From the NCBI RefSeq assembly GCF_009914755.1, contig NC_060937.1: a stretch of DNA of 64,000 bases, one strand, 5' to 3'. Under the pieces are notes generated by a model. The model was not told the DNA's origin and searched no databases. It worked only from the letters and a program-made list of their open reading frames with translations. Position 1 is the first letter of the stretch, and each line of letters begins with the position of its first letter. This document shows positions 35,578-48,229 of this stretch, piece by piece. A program made the position numbers and the translations under genes. The stretch is from the human T2T-CHM13v2.0 reference genome, Homo sapiens.

Positions 35578-37226
35578 TGTTATAGGATCTTTGGGGTGCC
35601 GCTTTTCTGGCCAGAAAACTCTGTGGCCGATGGCTCCTTTGCCAAAGTTTTGCTGGGGCCCACTGGGCTCATTCTGCCCACTCAGCCTAGCAGGCTGTGC
35701 TCTGTTCACGTGACCAGCCTGGGTCCCACGTCTGCCAAGGGCGAGTCAGGTGTGGAGCGGCAAGCAGGTGTGTGAGAGAGTGTGGGGTCCAGACATTGTG
35801 CAGTCAGACATTCCAGCTGCTGCAGTGGAGTGGGCAGCTTCAGGTGCTGGTATGGTCACCAGCTCTCTGCAAGACTGCAGCTGGACCAGGTATACCACAA
35901 ACAGCTTCCACAGCTGGCACTGGGAAATATTGTGGTGCTGGAAAGCTTGAAGATGCCAGAGACTGCAGGCTCCCTAAGAGACAGTCACAGCCCTGTATCA
36001 GGGAGCTCCCAGGTCTGGGTTCCCCAAAGGGCTGCAGCTCTTCTCCCCTTCTCTTTGCCCACAATGTGGCAAGCAAGGGGCATGTCTCAGCCCTGTTTGT
36101 GTTACAGATTTTTTATCCTCACCATTTGGTGCATGCTGAGTTCTTGTCCTGCAACCAGGAAGAATAAGGTACGCAGACAAGTGGAGAGTGAACAAGATGA
36201 AGAGGAGCTTTATTGAGCAATAGAACAGCTCAGAGGAAACCGACAGGGGCAGCTCCTTTCCACACTCAATGTGTCCCAATGAGTGTTCAGCTCCTAGCAG
36301 AGAGGGTAGCTCCTCTCTGCTAGGCAAGTTGTCTCCATTAGTGTTCAGCTCTCAGCAGAGAGGGCAGCTCCTCTCTGCAGCTGGTTGTCCCATTGTCTGT
36401 TCAGCTCTGGCTAACCATGGCTTTTATAAGACTCAGAGAGGTGGAAGTGCTGGCTGATTGGTCTATGAGCAGCAATGGGCAGCCCCAGAAAAGGCACCTG
36501 CTCCCACTCCAGTCGTGGGACTGGCAGCCCGGCCCCCAACCTTCAGCCCTCCATGGCCTGAAGGTGGGGCCTCACCGGGACCCGCTCCCTTCCACCCAGG
36601 AGCCTGTCTGCCTCCTGCTGCTGTCCATGGTACCCAGGCTGCTTGTGCCAAGGGGAACCTGCAGGCAAGCACCAAGCTGCCCTCAGCCCTACTTTGGCTG
36701 CCCCCTCACATTCGTTAGAGCCCAAAGTCTGGAGGGGACCAAGGCGGAAGGTTGCTGGTGTGTCAGTGCTGCCCCAAGTGTGCACACACCTGGGCTGTGA
36801 CAGCGCCAATCCCGCTTCAAGATTGGAGCAGGTGCCGGGAATGGGTAGAGGCCAGGCAGTGGGAGGAGACGCTCCCTGAGCCTGAGAGGACAGGAAGGGT
36901 CTTCCCGGGCTACTGAGGATGCAGAGTGCAGAAATATCAGAGTTCTGCGCCTGGTAAGGTGGGGCTCTCGCCCACTCCGTGGAGTGTGCACCATTCTGGG
37001 CCCGTCTCCACCTCCTCCCGCACCTCCCCTGCAGGGTGAGAACCGCGAGGCGGGGCCAGGGTCCAGAGTGGCGGAAGCTCCGAGCCTGGGAGCAAGTCCT
37101 GCCCGGCTGTGCAAGAGCGAGGACAGCACAGTCGGCTGCCTTGGAGACGCGGGGCACCGCCCTCGCCTCTCTGCTGCAGCTAGCGGGATGCCAGCGGCCA
37201 CTCTGGACGGCCCACCACTACCATCA
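35578..37226 (-). mobile_element. MER52A-like solo LTR (ERV1), essentially full length
   Basis: Minus-strand start TGATGGTAGTGGTGGGCCGTCCAGAG, end ..CCCCAAAGATCCTATAACA; 1649 bp; GC-rich; 4 bp TSD CAAG/CATG; AATAAA on minus strand at 36209-36214. Confidence 0.9.
36421..36463 (-). promoter_or_regulatory. Putative LTR core promoter: CCAAT box plus TATA box
   Basis: Minus strand GACCAATCAG (CCAAT 36457-36461) about 30 bp upstream of TATAAAA (36422-36428); activity unproven. Confidence 0.55.
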
Positions 37227-38904
37227 CATGCACAGAAGTAATTTATATGGAATTAATCTATTTACATCAAACCTACGATGATGTGTTTATAGGTAATATT
37301 GGAAATAGTGTCTGGGTCTGAATAATGTACTAATGTACAACAGTACTATCTTATGTCATGTAATGGTTTTAATGGAATGGAATTCTACCAAAACAATTAC
37401 GTTCTATTTAATGGAAAATTATTTCACTCTACTTTTATTTTATTATTTATATTAATTAATATTGAAAATTTATCTCAGTCACTCTAGCCACTTCTCATTG
37501 CTCAATTTCCTCATCGAACAGTGCAAATCTAGAGTATGACTAAGTAAGTGGGTTTCTGACATGCAGATAAATGAAAGCTTTTGAAGTGTATATATTGAGT
37601 TTCCAGTTGCTGGTTGAGGTTTCTCTCTTGATATAGTATTAAGTATATAAATTAGAATAATATCATTAAGAATAATAATTATTAATATAATAGCACAAAA
37701 TAGAAAATAGGCTGATAACCAGGTGAATAAGAAGCAAATTAAATAATGATCATAGTAAAGAAAACACATAACATAAATTGTTATCACAAACTATAAAAGC
37801 ACAGCTATTTAGGAAGAAAAAAGAGTAGAAATGCAAATATGTCACAAGAGAACAAAACAAACACCTACTTATTCTTCTATATCTAAGAGACCCAGGGTAA
37901 AAGGAAAGCAATCTATGCTTAAGACGGCTGAAGACAGAGTGCCATATGGCAAGGTCAGGAGGTAGATTTCAAATATAGATATGAAGTGAACATACTGAAT
38001 AACACATAACTGTATCAAATAATTTTCTGTGAATTAACCTGGAGTTGCAAGAAACACTGTGAAAAGTTTCAAGAATATAGTTGCTAGGTTAAGCCTCTAA
38101 GATGCAGTAAAATGTTAGCCTTTATTTGGTAACAGATGAAGAAGTAAAAATCATATATTAGGCAGTTAATGAAGACATCAAAAGTATGAGACATGCCAGA
38201 ATTTTGCACTTTTAGAGTATTGTGTGTCAATGGGTTTATTGTTGTATAAAATATTCTGTGGAGACTCTAATTGCAGTTGCTGTACCAGATGCGGTTTTAT
38301 TGCTTGAGTAAATTAACATATTCTCTGGTACCTGGTATGCAACTATTGGGCTGACAAATGCCTTTTTCTACCTACCTGTTCGTGAGGCCCACCAGAAGCA
38401 GTTTGCTTTCAGCTGGCAAGGCCAGCAAGACACTTTCACTTTCTTACCTTAGGGGTATATCAGCTCTCCAGCCCTCTGTCATAATTTAGTTCACAGGGAT
38501 CTTGAGTGCCTTTCCCTTCCATAGGTATCACACTGGTACATTACATTGATGACATTATGTTGTTTGGACCTAGAGAGGAAGAAGTAGCAATTACTCTAGA
38601 CTTCTTGGGAAGATATGCCAGGGGGTGGGCAATAAATTCTAATAAAATTCAGAAGCCTTCTAATCTCAGTGAAATAGTTAGGGTTTCAGTGGGGGCCATG
38701 CTGAGATAGCCCTTCTAAGGTAAAGGAAAAGTTGTTGCATCTGGCTCCTCCCACAAACAAGAAAGTCTCATAATGTTTAGTGGGACTATTTTTATTTCAG
38801 AGACAACATATTTCTCATTTGGGTGTGTTACTCTGGCTCATTTACTGAGTTACCTGAAAAGCTGCATTTTGAGTGAGTTCAGCAGCAGAGATAAACAATG
38901 AGTA

Positions 38905-39200
38905 GGCCAGGCGGGGTGGCTCACACCTGTAATCCCAGCACTTTGAGAGGCCGAGGTGGGCAGATCACCTGAGGTCAGGAGTTCAAGGCCAGCCTGACCA
39001 ACATGGAGAAACCCGTCTCTACTAAAAATACAAAATTAGCTGGGCATGGTGGCATATGCCTGTAATCCAAGCTACTTGGGAGGCTGAGGAAGGAGAGTCA
39101 CTTTAACCTGGGAGGAGGTTGCAGTGAGCTGAGATCGCACCATTGCACTCCAGCCTGGGCAACAAGAGTGAAACTCCATCTCAAAAAACAAACAAACAAA
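38905..39200 (+). mobile_element. AluSp-like Alu inside ERV-L pol
   Basis: Diagnostic ACCAACATGGAGAAACC and GCAACAAGAGTGAAACTCC. Confidence 0.95.
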
Positions 39201-39611
39201 CACAATCAGCCCCTCTTAAGGCACCATTACCTGGGATGATAAGCCACCTAACTAGTGTCAGATTTATTGTATTGAATAGTTTTCATCATGGAAAGTACAA
39301 TGTTTTATCCTTACTGGAATAGACATTTACTCTAGCAATGGTTTTGTTTTTACTGCATTTAGTGCTTTTTTAAAACTACTATCTATGGGCTTAAATAATT
39401 CTTCATCGACTATCATAGTATTGCACATAACATTGCTTCTGACCAAGGAATTCACTTCACCTCTAAAGAACTGTGCCAATGGGCTCATGTTCATGGAATT
39501 CACCGATATTAACAAGATTTCCACCATTCTAAGGCAGCTAGAATCACAGAATAGTGAAATAACCTTTCACAGACTCAGTTATAGTGTCTTCTAGGTGTCC
39601 ATACCTTAAAG

Positions 39612-40138
39612 AACTGGTCCCCAACCTTTTTGGCACCAGGAACCAGTTTTGTGGAAGATAATTTTTCCACAGACCAGAGGTCAGGGGAGGTTGTGGGATG
39701 ATTCAAGGGCATTACCTTTATTGTGCACTTTATTTCTATTATGATTACCTTGTAATACATAATGAAATAACTATAAAACTCATCATAATATAGAATCAGT
39801 GGCAGCCCTGAGCTTGTTTTCCTCTAACTAGATGGTCCCATCTGGGGGTGATGGGAGACAGTGAGAGATCATCAGGCATTGGAGTCTCATAAGGAGTGCA
39901 CAACCTAGGTTCCTCACATGTGCAGTTCACAATAGAGTTTACACTCCTACGAGAATCTAATGCCACCACTGCTCTGATAGGAGGTGGAGCTCAGGCAGAA
40001 ATGCAAGTGATGGGGTGCGGCTGTGAATACAGATGAAGCTTCACTAGCTAGCCCACCATTCACTTCCTGCTTTGTGGCCTGGTTCCTAAAAGGTCACAGA
40101 CTAATACTGGTCTACTGCCTGGGATTTGGGGACCCCTG
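39612..40138 (-). mobile_element. MER1A (hAT-Charlie) full-length MITE inside ERV-L integrase
   Basis: TIRs ..GGTCCCCAACC / TTTGGGGACCCCTG; 527 bp; perfect 8 bp TSD CCTTAAAG (39604-39611, 40139-40146). Confidence 0.95.
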
Positions 40139-41100
40139 CCTTAAAGAGCTAGAGCAGAGATCTCTAGAAGCCTGTAGATGCTTTGAATTAGTGTTCAATA
40201 TATGGTGCTGTTTCTCCAGTAGCTAGTATGTGCAAGTACAGAAATCAAGGGGTGAAAATGAAATGGCATTACTCACCATTACCCTTAGTGAGTCACAGAA
40301 TTTTTGCTTTCTTTTTCCACAACGTCATGCTCTGCTGGTCTGGAGATCTTAGAAATCTTTTAGATCTTTAAGAGAGAAGAATGCTTCTACCAGGAGCATT
40401 CCTGGTAGAATGTTTCCATTCAATTTGAAGTGCAGATTTCCCCCCAGCCACTTTGTGCTCAGATGCCTCTGAGTCTACAAGCCAAGAAAGGAATTATAGT
40501 GTTTGCTGCTGTGATTGATACAGACTACCAAGAGGAAATTGGCTAATACTCCACAAGGGAGATAAGGAAGAGTATGTCTGTAATACTGTAGATGCCCTAG
40601 GGTATATCTTAGTATTACCTTGCCTGAATAAGATCTATGGAAAACCATAACAACCCATTCCAGAAGGGATTGAAAATAGCTCAGACTCTTCAGGAATGAA
40701 AGTTTGGGTCCCTTGTTTGGATAAAGAACCACAACCAGCTGAAGTGCTTGGTGAAGGCAAAGAGAATAAAGAATGGGCAATAGAAGGTAGTTATAAGTAC
40801 CATCTAGCATCACAAAAGCGCTTACAGAAATGAGAACTATAATTGTGATGAGTATTTTCTTGTTATTTTATTATGAATATTATTGTGTGTATATATAAAT
40901 ACATATATTAAGCAAATATATTCATTCTCTTTTATGTTTTATTCCCTTATCATGTAACATAAGATGTATTGACTTTGTATCATTATTTTAAGTAGTGTTA
41001 ATTTTACTGCATAGTATTTAAGTTTTGGAATACCAGAGGAAGAGTAAACATTAATCAAGGACTTTACCTCCTCTGTGGGGGAAGAGATTCATGCCTTTCT

Positions 41101-41442
41101 GGTCTTAGTTCCTTCAAGCTGCTATAATAACATTCCTTAAAGTAGTTAGGTTAAACAATGAAAATTTACTTCTCATACTTCTGGAGACTGGGAAATCCAA
41201 GATCAAACTGTTGACATATTATTCAGTGTCTGGTGAGGGCCACTTCCTGGCATGTTGAAAGGGTCTTTTCTCTGTGTGTTTACAAGGTAGATAGGGTGAA
41301 TGGGCTCTCTTGGGCCTATTTTATAAGGCCCCATTTATCCCATTTGTGATGGCTCCCCAAATCTCCATCTCCTAAAACAATCACCCTGGGGATTAGGATT
41401 TCAACTTATAAATTATGGGGGGGATACATTAAGACCACAGCA
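41101..41442 (-). mobile_element. MLT1A0-like MaLR solo LTR
   Basis: GTCTTAGT..GCTGCTATAA..TCTGGAGACTGGGAAATCCAAGATCAA..GTGTCTGGTGAGGGCC..TTAGGATTTCAAC..AGACCACAGCA. Confidence 0.85.
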
Positions 41443-41488
41443 TCTGTATAGTTTGCTTATTGTATGTAAACAGAACTATGGCTCTTAA

Positions 41489-41829
<341 letters not shown>

Positions 41830-42203
41830 TAAGTTATGTAATAATGACTATAAAGTGGAGATGATCCAAGACTAAATAGCTGTTTTTAGTGCAAGCATTA
41901 TATAAATCCATGTATGTTAAATCTGGACTGAAATTTACCATAATGTAATGAAAAAGGAACTGAGAAAGGACACTGAAAGTTTCAGACTGCTCCATGCTTC
42001 ATCTATATCTCACAATTGTCTAAACTATTTGAACAATAAGTATGGTTCTATAGTTTGTAAAATCTCTAATTCTTGTGAGTTTGATTTCACAAACTGAACT
42101 ACTTGTAATATAACACTTTGCATTCTTCATTGGCTCTTTCATATGCAAGTTGTTCTGGGATCAATGAAGAATTTAACTTCTTCTTTCTTAAAAATGGCTT
42201 AGT

Positions 42204-42525
<322 letters not shown>

Positions 42526-42551
42526 TCAAGGTTTTTGTGGTATTCGATGAC

Positions 42552-43097
42552 CGAGATGGTTTTAATAGTCTCTTCAGGTTGACTGAATGTCAGACAGGCT
42601 TCTTCCCAACTCTAGGCCCCAGAGCTCCCTTTTCTTACAGCATTTATATTAAAAACTTGTTACTGTAAATTTATGCTCGGCTCCTTTGATATAAACATCT
42701 TTTTCAAAATATTCTTTCCATTTTTAAAACTCAGGAATGACTTTCTCAGGGATTGGCAGCCTTCCCTTTGGAATGTAATTATCAATGAATACAGTGTCCC
42801 TATCTCCCAGTTTCTGTGGGAGAGTAGAAGTCTAACTTTTTTAAAACACTTGCTCCAAGTTTTAAAGGTACTTCCTGTCATAAAAATATGAGGAACTTTA
42901 CTTTTGTTTGAGCAAAGCCAATTAGTAAACAGAGAAGACCTATGATCCCCCACCTCAGCTCTTAAAAACTCTAAAGCCCATTGTTACGGCAGAGTGGAGC
43001 TCAGTCTGAGATGTGGTCTCTTTCCACATTTATAATAGGTTTCAATACAGCTTTCCTTGTACATTTGATTTTATCCAGTGCAATTTTTGCTTTGACT
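42552..43097 (+). mobile_element. MER67-like ERV1 solo LTR
   Basis: CAGGTTGACT..AGACAGG..CTCTAGGCCCC..CTCCCTTTTCTTA..AAAACTTGT..TGTAAATT; ends TTGCTTTGAC. Confidence 0.75.
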
Positions 43098-45699
43098 GTG
43101 ACCAAGTCTATAACTGTAATAGCACCATTATTAGTATAGATATATGCCTAATAAACATTCAGTAAATATTTGTTGAACTTAATTTCATTTTAAAGCTTTA
43201 TTATTTAAATTTTTGGAGCTGGTACATCCATGTATTGAATCACATTAATGGAGATCTAATTTCCCAAATAGTTTTACTATTCATTTGTGCAACACATATT
43301 TATGGAGTAGGTTCAATCACAGATTAGGACCAATTCATTTTAAGCATGAAGACAAGCAACTGCTCTGTATAATGACAATGTTTTCTTGTATTTTCTGCTT
43401 TATGTTTTGAGTAAAACTGCTTAAATATGAATATAGTGTTCATTTACAAGTGAATAGTAATGGTAAAAGTTATAGTTTTAATCCTACCCAAAACAAATAG
43501 TTTAAATTTAGATATTAACAATTTTTCAAACTGTGGCTTCCTAAAGTGAAGAAAATCAGTGTATTTGCTTTGGATTTATCTGAGATATAATCAGAATAAT
43601 GGATTCAATTCATGTATTTTTGATTTAGTAATTGTCACCATCATCCATTTACGAATTTAGATTTGAAACTTTTCTTATGTCATATTAACTGTCTTTAAAA
43701 TTTTCAAAATTTCGAATTATATCTGCCAAATATATTTTGCAGGTAATCTCTCTCGATGGCCACTGAGAATTAACCAGAGAATTTAAAGAACAAAAGAGGC
43801 AGTTTAGCACAATTTTGTAATAATAAAATTTTCCACAAGGACTAATCACATTGAGCACTAACTATCACATGCTATTAAAAAAAAAAAAACAGAAGCAAAA
43901 AAGATACCTCTTTATTGTAATGCAATGAGTAAAATTCAAGGGTGCAAAGTGCTGTCTTCATTATATCTCTTAAAGACTTGGGTAATCACAGTCTTCAAAT
44001 CTGGAAACAGGTAATTTGAGGCAGAAGTGAGACTATTGGCCCTTCTTCAGCTGTGATTTGCGGTATCTGGTACTTGCTAAAACTCTTGTCCAGAGAAACT
44101 GAGGGAATTCACTACATCATCCAAACATCAAAGATACATGTCAGCTACGTTAGTTTTACCTCTTATTCCGAAATCTTACAGCTACTTGACATCATTGTAT
44201 ATACCATACAGAGACTTATTTCTTATTGACCTTTTTTACCCAAACCTGCTCATAGAGGTCATGAAAAAATACTACTAGAAATTATGTTAACTTGAATGAG
44301 ATGTCAGATATACTTATATCAGGATCCAAATATTACCATAGCTAGATATTACTAATACACAAAATTGTTTATACATTATTTTCATTAAAAATGTTTTACC
44401 ACAAAATATGTATTGTAATGCTTCATGTTTTACTAATTTTCTCCCAATAATTTAATGAAAAGTCACTATATGTATTCTCAGTTTAATCTCATATATTCTT
44501 AATTTAGCCTTTCATTTTATGAGATAATTTTTATTCTTCAGATATTTAATATCACTTTTATATGTTCTTTGATTAATCAAATAATACATTTAATTACGGA
44601 AACATAAAATATGTAATTATGAAAGTGAAGAAAGTAAAAATCACACAAAATTATATGCAATATTAACATACTCTTGCTATTATTCAGAATCTGTGATTAC
44701 ACTGATATTTACGTTTTTACATTTGATTTGATATTAAATTTCTTAGCAGATATCACATTTTATACCACATCTTTATAATCCTTCTACCTATAGATAACTA
44801 TATGTTATCTAGAGTACAATTATATAGTGCAATACAATTGAAAATTTATCATATGTAACATTATAATCTATTATTTAAGAAATGTTTTATTTTGAACATG
44901 TTTTCAAAATTTCTTACAAATATCATTTTCATATTTGTTTATAGTACTGCATTTCACATTGATGAAATTTTCTTGGCAAATTAATTTATTTTAAAATTTA
45001 TTTTAAAATTAAAAATTATTTACATGTATTTAAATGTGATTCATTTCTGAGTATTTTTCTAATCATTTAGTTCCAGTGTCATCAGCTTCTATATTGTGAT
45101 GTACTGTGGTCTACCTGTAATTGAATGTTTTGAGTTTTATCTGGGTTATCTGAGGATATAGAATGATTCTACACTGTTGGTCTGTTGGCTATTCATTGAT
45201 TAAAATATTATACAGAGAACCTCCTTAGGGTGAACTTTTGTAAGATAAAAGTTAAAAACCACATGAAATAATTATAAATAATATACATTTGCTTGTTAAT
45301 TAATAAAACTTAGGTAGGCCATTACGTGTAATTCCCCTATGGAAACTAAAGTTAAGCTATTCGGAAAGAATACTGAATTTACTGTTCTGAAAATAAAAGG
45401 ATCATTCTCAAGGAGTACAATCAAGGTCACTAGCATACCTGAATAGCCTCACTTTACTTGTGTCATTTGCTGCCAAATAAACTAATATTGGAGCAGATCT
45501 TTGGAATGATGACTATATACTCTGAAAAATTCTTATTTAGGATGTTGTTGTCAAATAAGCAAGAGACTTCTATATTGCTAAATTTAATGAACAAATTTTT
45601 GTTCTTTTCATATCAGACTTTTCAGTGCTATTTAATCCATTTCAGCAGCATATAATATATTAACTTCTTTTGTTATCAAAAAGTTAGACTTGGCTTCTA

Positions 45700-47190
45700 A
45701 GGCATTACCCTAAACTTTTGTCTTCCTGCCTCTGGCATCCTTCTTCCTTGGTTTCTTATGGCAATGCTCCATCCCTATTCAAAAATGTATATTTCTTAGA
45801 ATTTTTACCAGCTTAATAAATGTCACCACCACTCAATTGCTCAAGATAATTGATTTATTGTATTTGACGCATTCTTTCTTCGTCTCCCATATCTAATTCA
45901 TCAGCTACTTCCAAAATAACTCTTAATCTGTCACGTCCTTTTTCCAGACTCTTGTTCAGCCCCAGATGCTATCAACATTCCTGTGAATTACTTGAAAGCC
46001 TTCCTAACTGGTATCTCTGCTCTCAAGTTTATCACTCTCAGCTTCACAATTCCCACATTATCAAGAAAGAAATCTTTTATAAATTAATTAAGTTTTATAT
46101 TGAATATAACTTACGGAACTAATCATACTCATTATACACCCAAATGAAGACTGTCTCAAAAACTGAACACATACACAGCAGCCAGATGAAGATGTAAAAT
46201 ATTCAACACTCAGTAGTGCCCTTGCCACCTTTTAATTTTTTTGCAGTTATCAACCACTAAGGGCAACCACTACCACTATTTCTAACACCACAAGTTAGTG
46301 TTGCCTGTTTGTGGAGTTTCTATAAAGGGAATCTTTTTGTATGTATTTATTTGTGCCTGACTTCTTTAATCTATGTGGTTGTATGAGGTTTCAGTTCGTT
46401 CTTTCTCTTTGTGTGTATAATTGTCCATTATGTGCCATATAGCAAACTGTATTTTCCATTGTACTGGTTATAGACATTGGGGTATTCCTCAATTTTTCTT
46501 ATTTTAAAGACTGATGATCTTACCATTTTTGTCTGTATTATTACAGGAACATATGTGTGCATTACTTTTGTATATATTTGCCTTTCACTCTCTGTATTTT
46601 ATTGAATCATCATAATATTTTCCAGAAAACACAAATTAAATTAGGGTACCCTGCTTGAAACCCTTCAAAGGCTTCTGATTTCATTAAAAATTAAATTCAA
46701 ATTCTTACTAGATTTTCACATCACCTGGCTCCTACATTCCTCAAAACCTCATCTCATGCTGTTTCCTCTCACTCACTGTTCTTCAGTTACTCTTGCCTGT
46801 CACTTCCTAGAATATAACTAGATTTGACCTTCAGGGAATTAATTATCCTGTTATCTCTTGCTGAAAATTGTCTTTTCCTTTATTCCACACATACCTGACT
46901 CCTTATCCTTCAAGTTACCACCTTAGAAAGTCATTCCTTGATACCCACAACCAAAGTAAGTCAACCCCTGTTATTTTTTAATAAGTACGCCATTACACTC
47001 CTTCAAAACACTTATAAAACTTTGTATTTTTATAATTCTTAGCTAACAAAAATATAAATGACATCTGCATTTTTAGGCTGTAAGCATCAGGAAACAAAAA
47101 CTATGTTTCTTTTGTTTATTCCTGTATATATAATAAGTAGGGGGCACGTTAACTATCAGTTGCTTAGTCAAATTAATAGAATGAATAAAA
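45700..47190 (+). mobile_element. L2 fragment interrupted by an antisense L1ME piece
   Basis: CCTTCCTAACTGGTATCTCTGC, CTGCTTGAAACCCTTCAAAGGCTTC, CTGTAAGC.., terminal GAATGAATAAA. Confidence 0.65.
46085..46590 (-). mobile_element. L1ME 3' end
   Basis: GGCAACCACTA..TTCTAACACCA..GTTAGTGTTGCCTGTT..CTATAAAGGGAATC. Confidence 0.7.
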
Positions 47191-48163
47191 TGTAACTATT
47201 TTATGTTCCCCTTGATATTGGATCTGTACTTCCAATTTGAAGACTTCAGGACCTCTCTGTAGCCTGATATCAATACACACTGCAGAGTCTCCATTCTTTA
47301 ACTTAGTTACATGAAATCAATAAGCATTATTGTAGCTCTAGATGTGAGTATATGTGCTATAACCATATATTTTTAAGCAATGATGAACATGACAATGGTC
47401 TTCAAGCACAGTTTAGTGAACCACATAGACAAGCCATCAAATGATTACAAGGCAAACACCATAGTGCACCTATGAATTATGTGTTATAATAAAAAACTAA
47501 TTTATTGGGGCTGATGTGGAGAGGAATTTACAAGAGTTTAAGCAGAAAATATCAATTTGGGATAGATATTAAAAGTGGATCTTATCTATTGCTTTTCTGC
47601 TTTAGATACTTATAAAATAATAAAGTATCTAACTTGTCTGAACTTCTATGTCTCCTCAATGTTGCCTTTTTATGAATTGCAATGTCTCCCAAAGCATTTC
47701 CCTTTTCACTCATTGATTCAACAACTATTTACTGAGCTATATAGATGAAAACTGACATTTTAAGGTTGACATGCTAGATATGGAAAATAAAATAATCATC
47801 AATGGAGATTTTTATCTCTTGTCTCTGCTTCTATTTTATTTCTCCAGTTTTTAGATTTACCAGTTTTATATATTACACAGTCTAGAATTACCATTTACTT
47901 CTCATATTCTTCATTTTTTGTATAAAATTATAATTAAAATCTGCAATTTTTTTATTTTTTTCTAAATCTATTCTTGACTTAATTGGGGAAGAAGGAGAGG
48001 TTAGAAGTAGAAAAAGTGCGATGCTTAGCTCAGAGAACCATCATTTCAGACCTACAAATATATTGTCTCCATAAATGCCTTTGATAAAATAAATAATGAA
48101 AATGCTGCTGTCTTTACATCTCAGCAACATTGTATATTTACTCAGGACAATGTCAATTTTATA

Positions 48164-48229
48164 GTCTGAAATTCTAGAAGGCAGACATCCTCCAGATGTC
48201 TGAAATTCTAGAAGACAGACATTCTCCAG
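48164..48229. repeat. 34-bp-period tandem duplication
   Basis: GTCTGAAATTCTAGAAG(G/A)CAGACAT(C/T)CTCCAG at 48164 and 48198. Confidence 0.95.

Larger units (their letters stand above)
38262..41100 (+). pseudogene. Decayed ERV-L internal region: pol (RT, integrase), dUTPase and 3' untranslated part
   Basis: RT: [20 protein letters not shown] (YIDD 38542-38553); IN-like IASDQG near 39431; dUTPase-like GTGATTGAT..GACTACCAAGAGGAAATT near 40510; stops and frameshifts; no flanking LTR seen. Confidence 0.88.

Noticed and set aside
35491-37281. Dense cluster of the longest ORFs (up to 204 aa) on both strands
   Set aside because: Almost entirely inside the GC-rich MER52A LTR, where stops are rare; they overlap in many frames and show no recognisable domain.
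38506-38709. ORF with RT catalytic motif (HYIDD) as a possible novel RT system or domesticated gene
   Set aside because: Short frameshifted piece of a decayed ERV-L pol, surrounded by stops and interrupted by Alu and MER1A.
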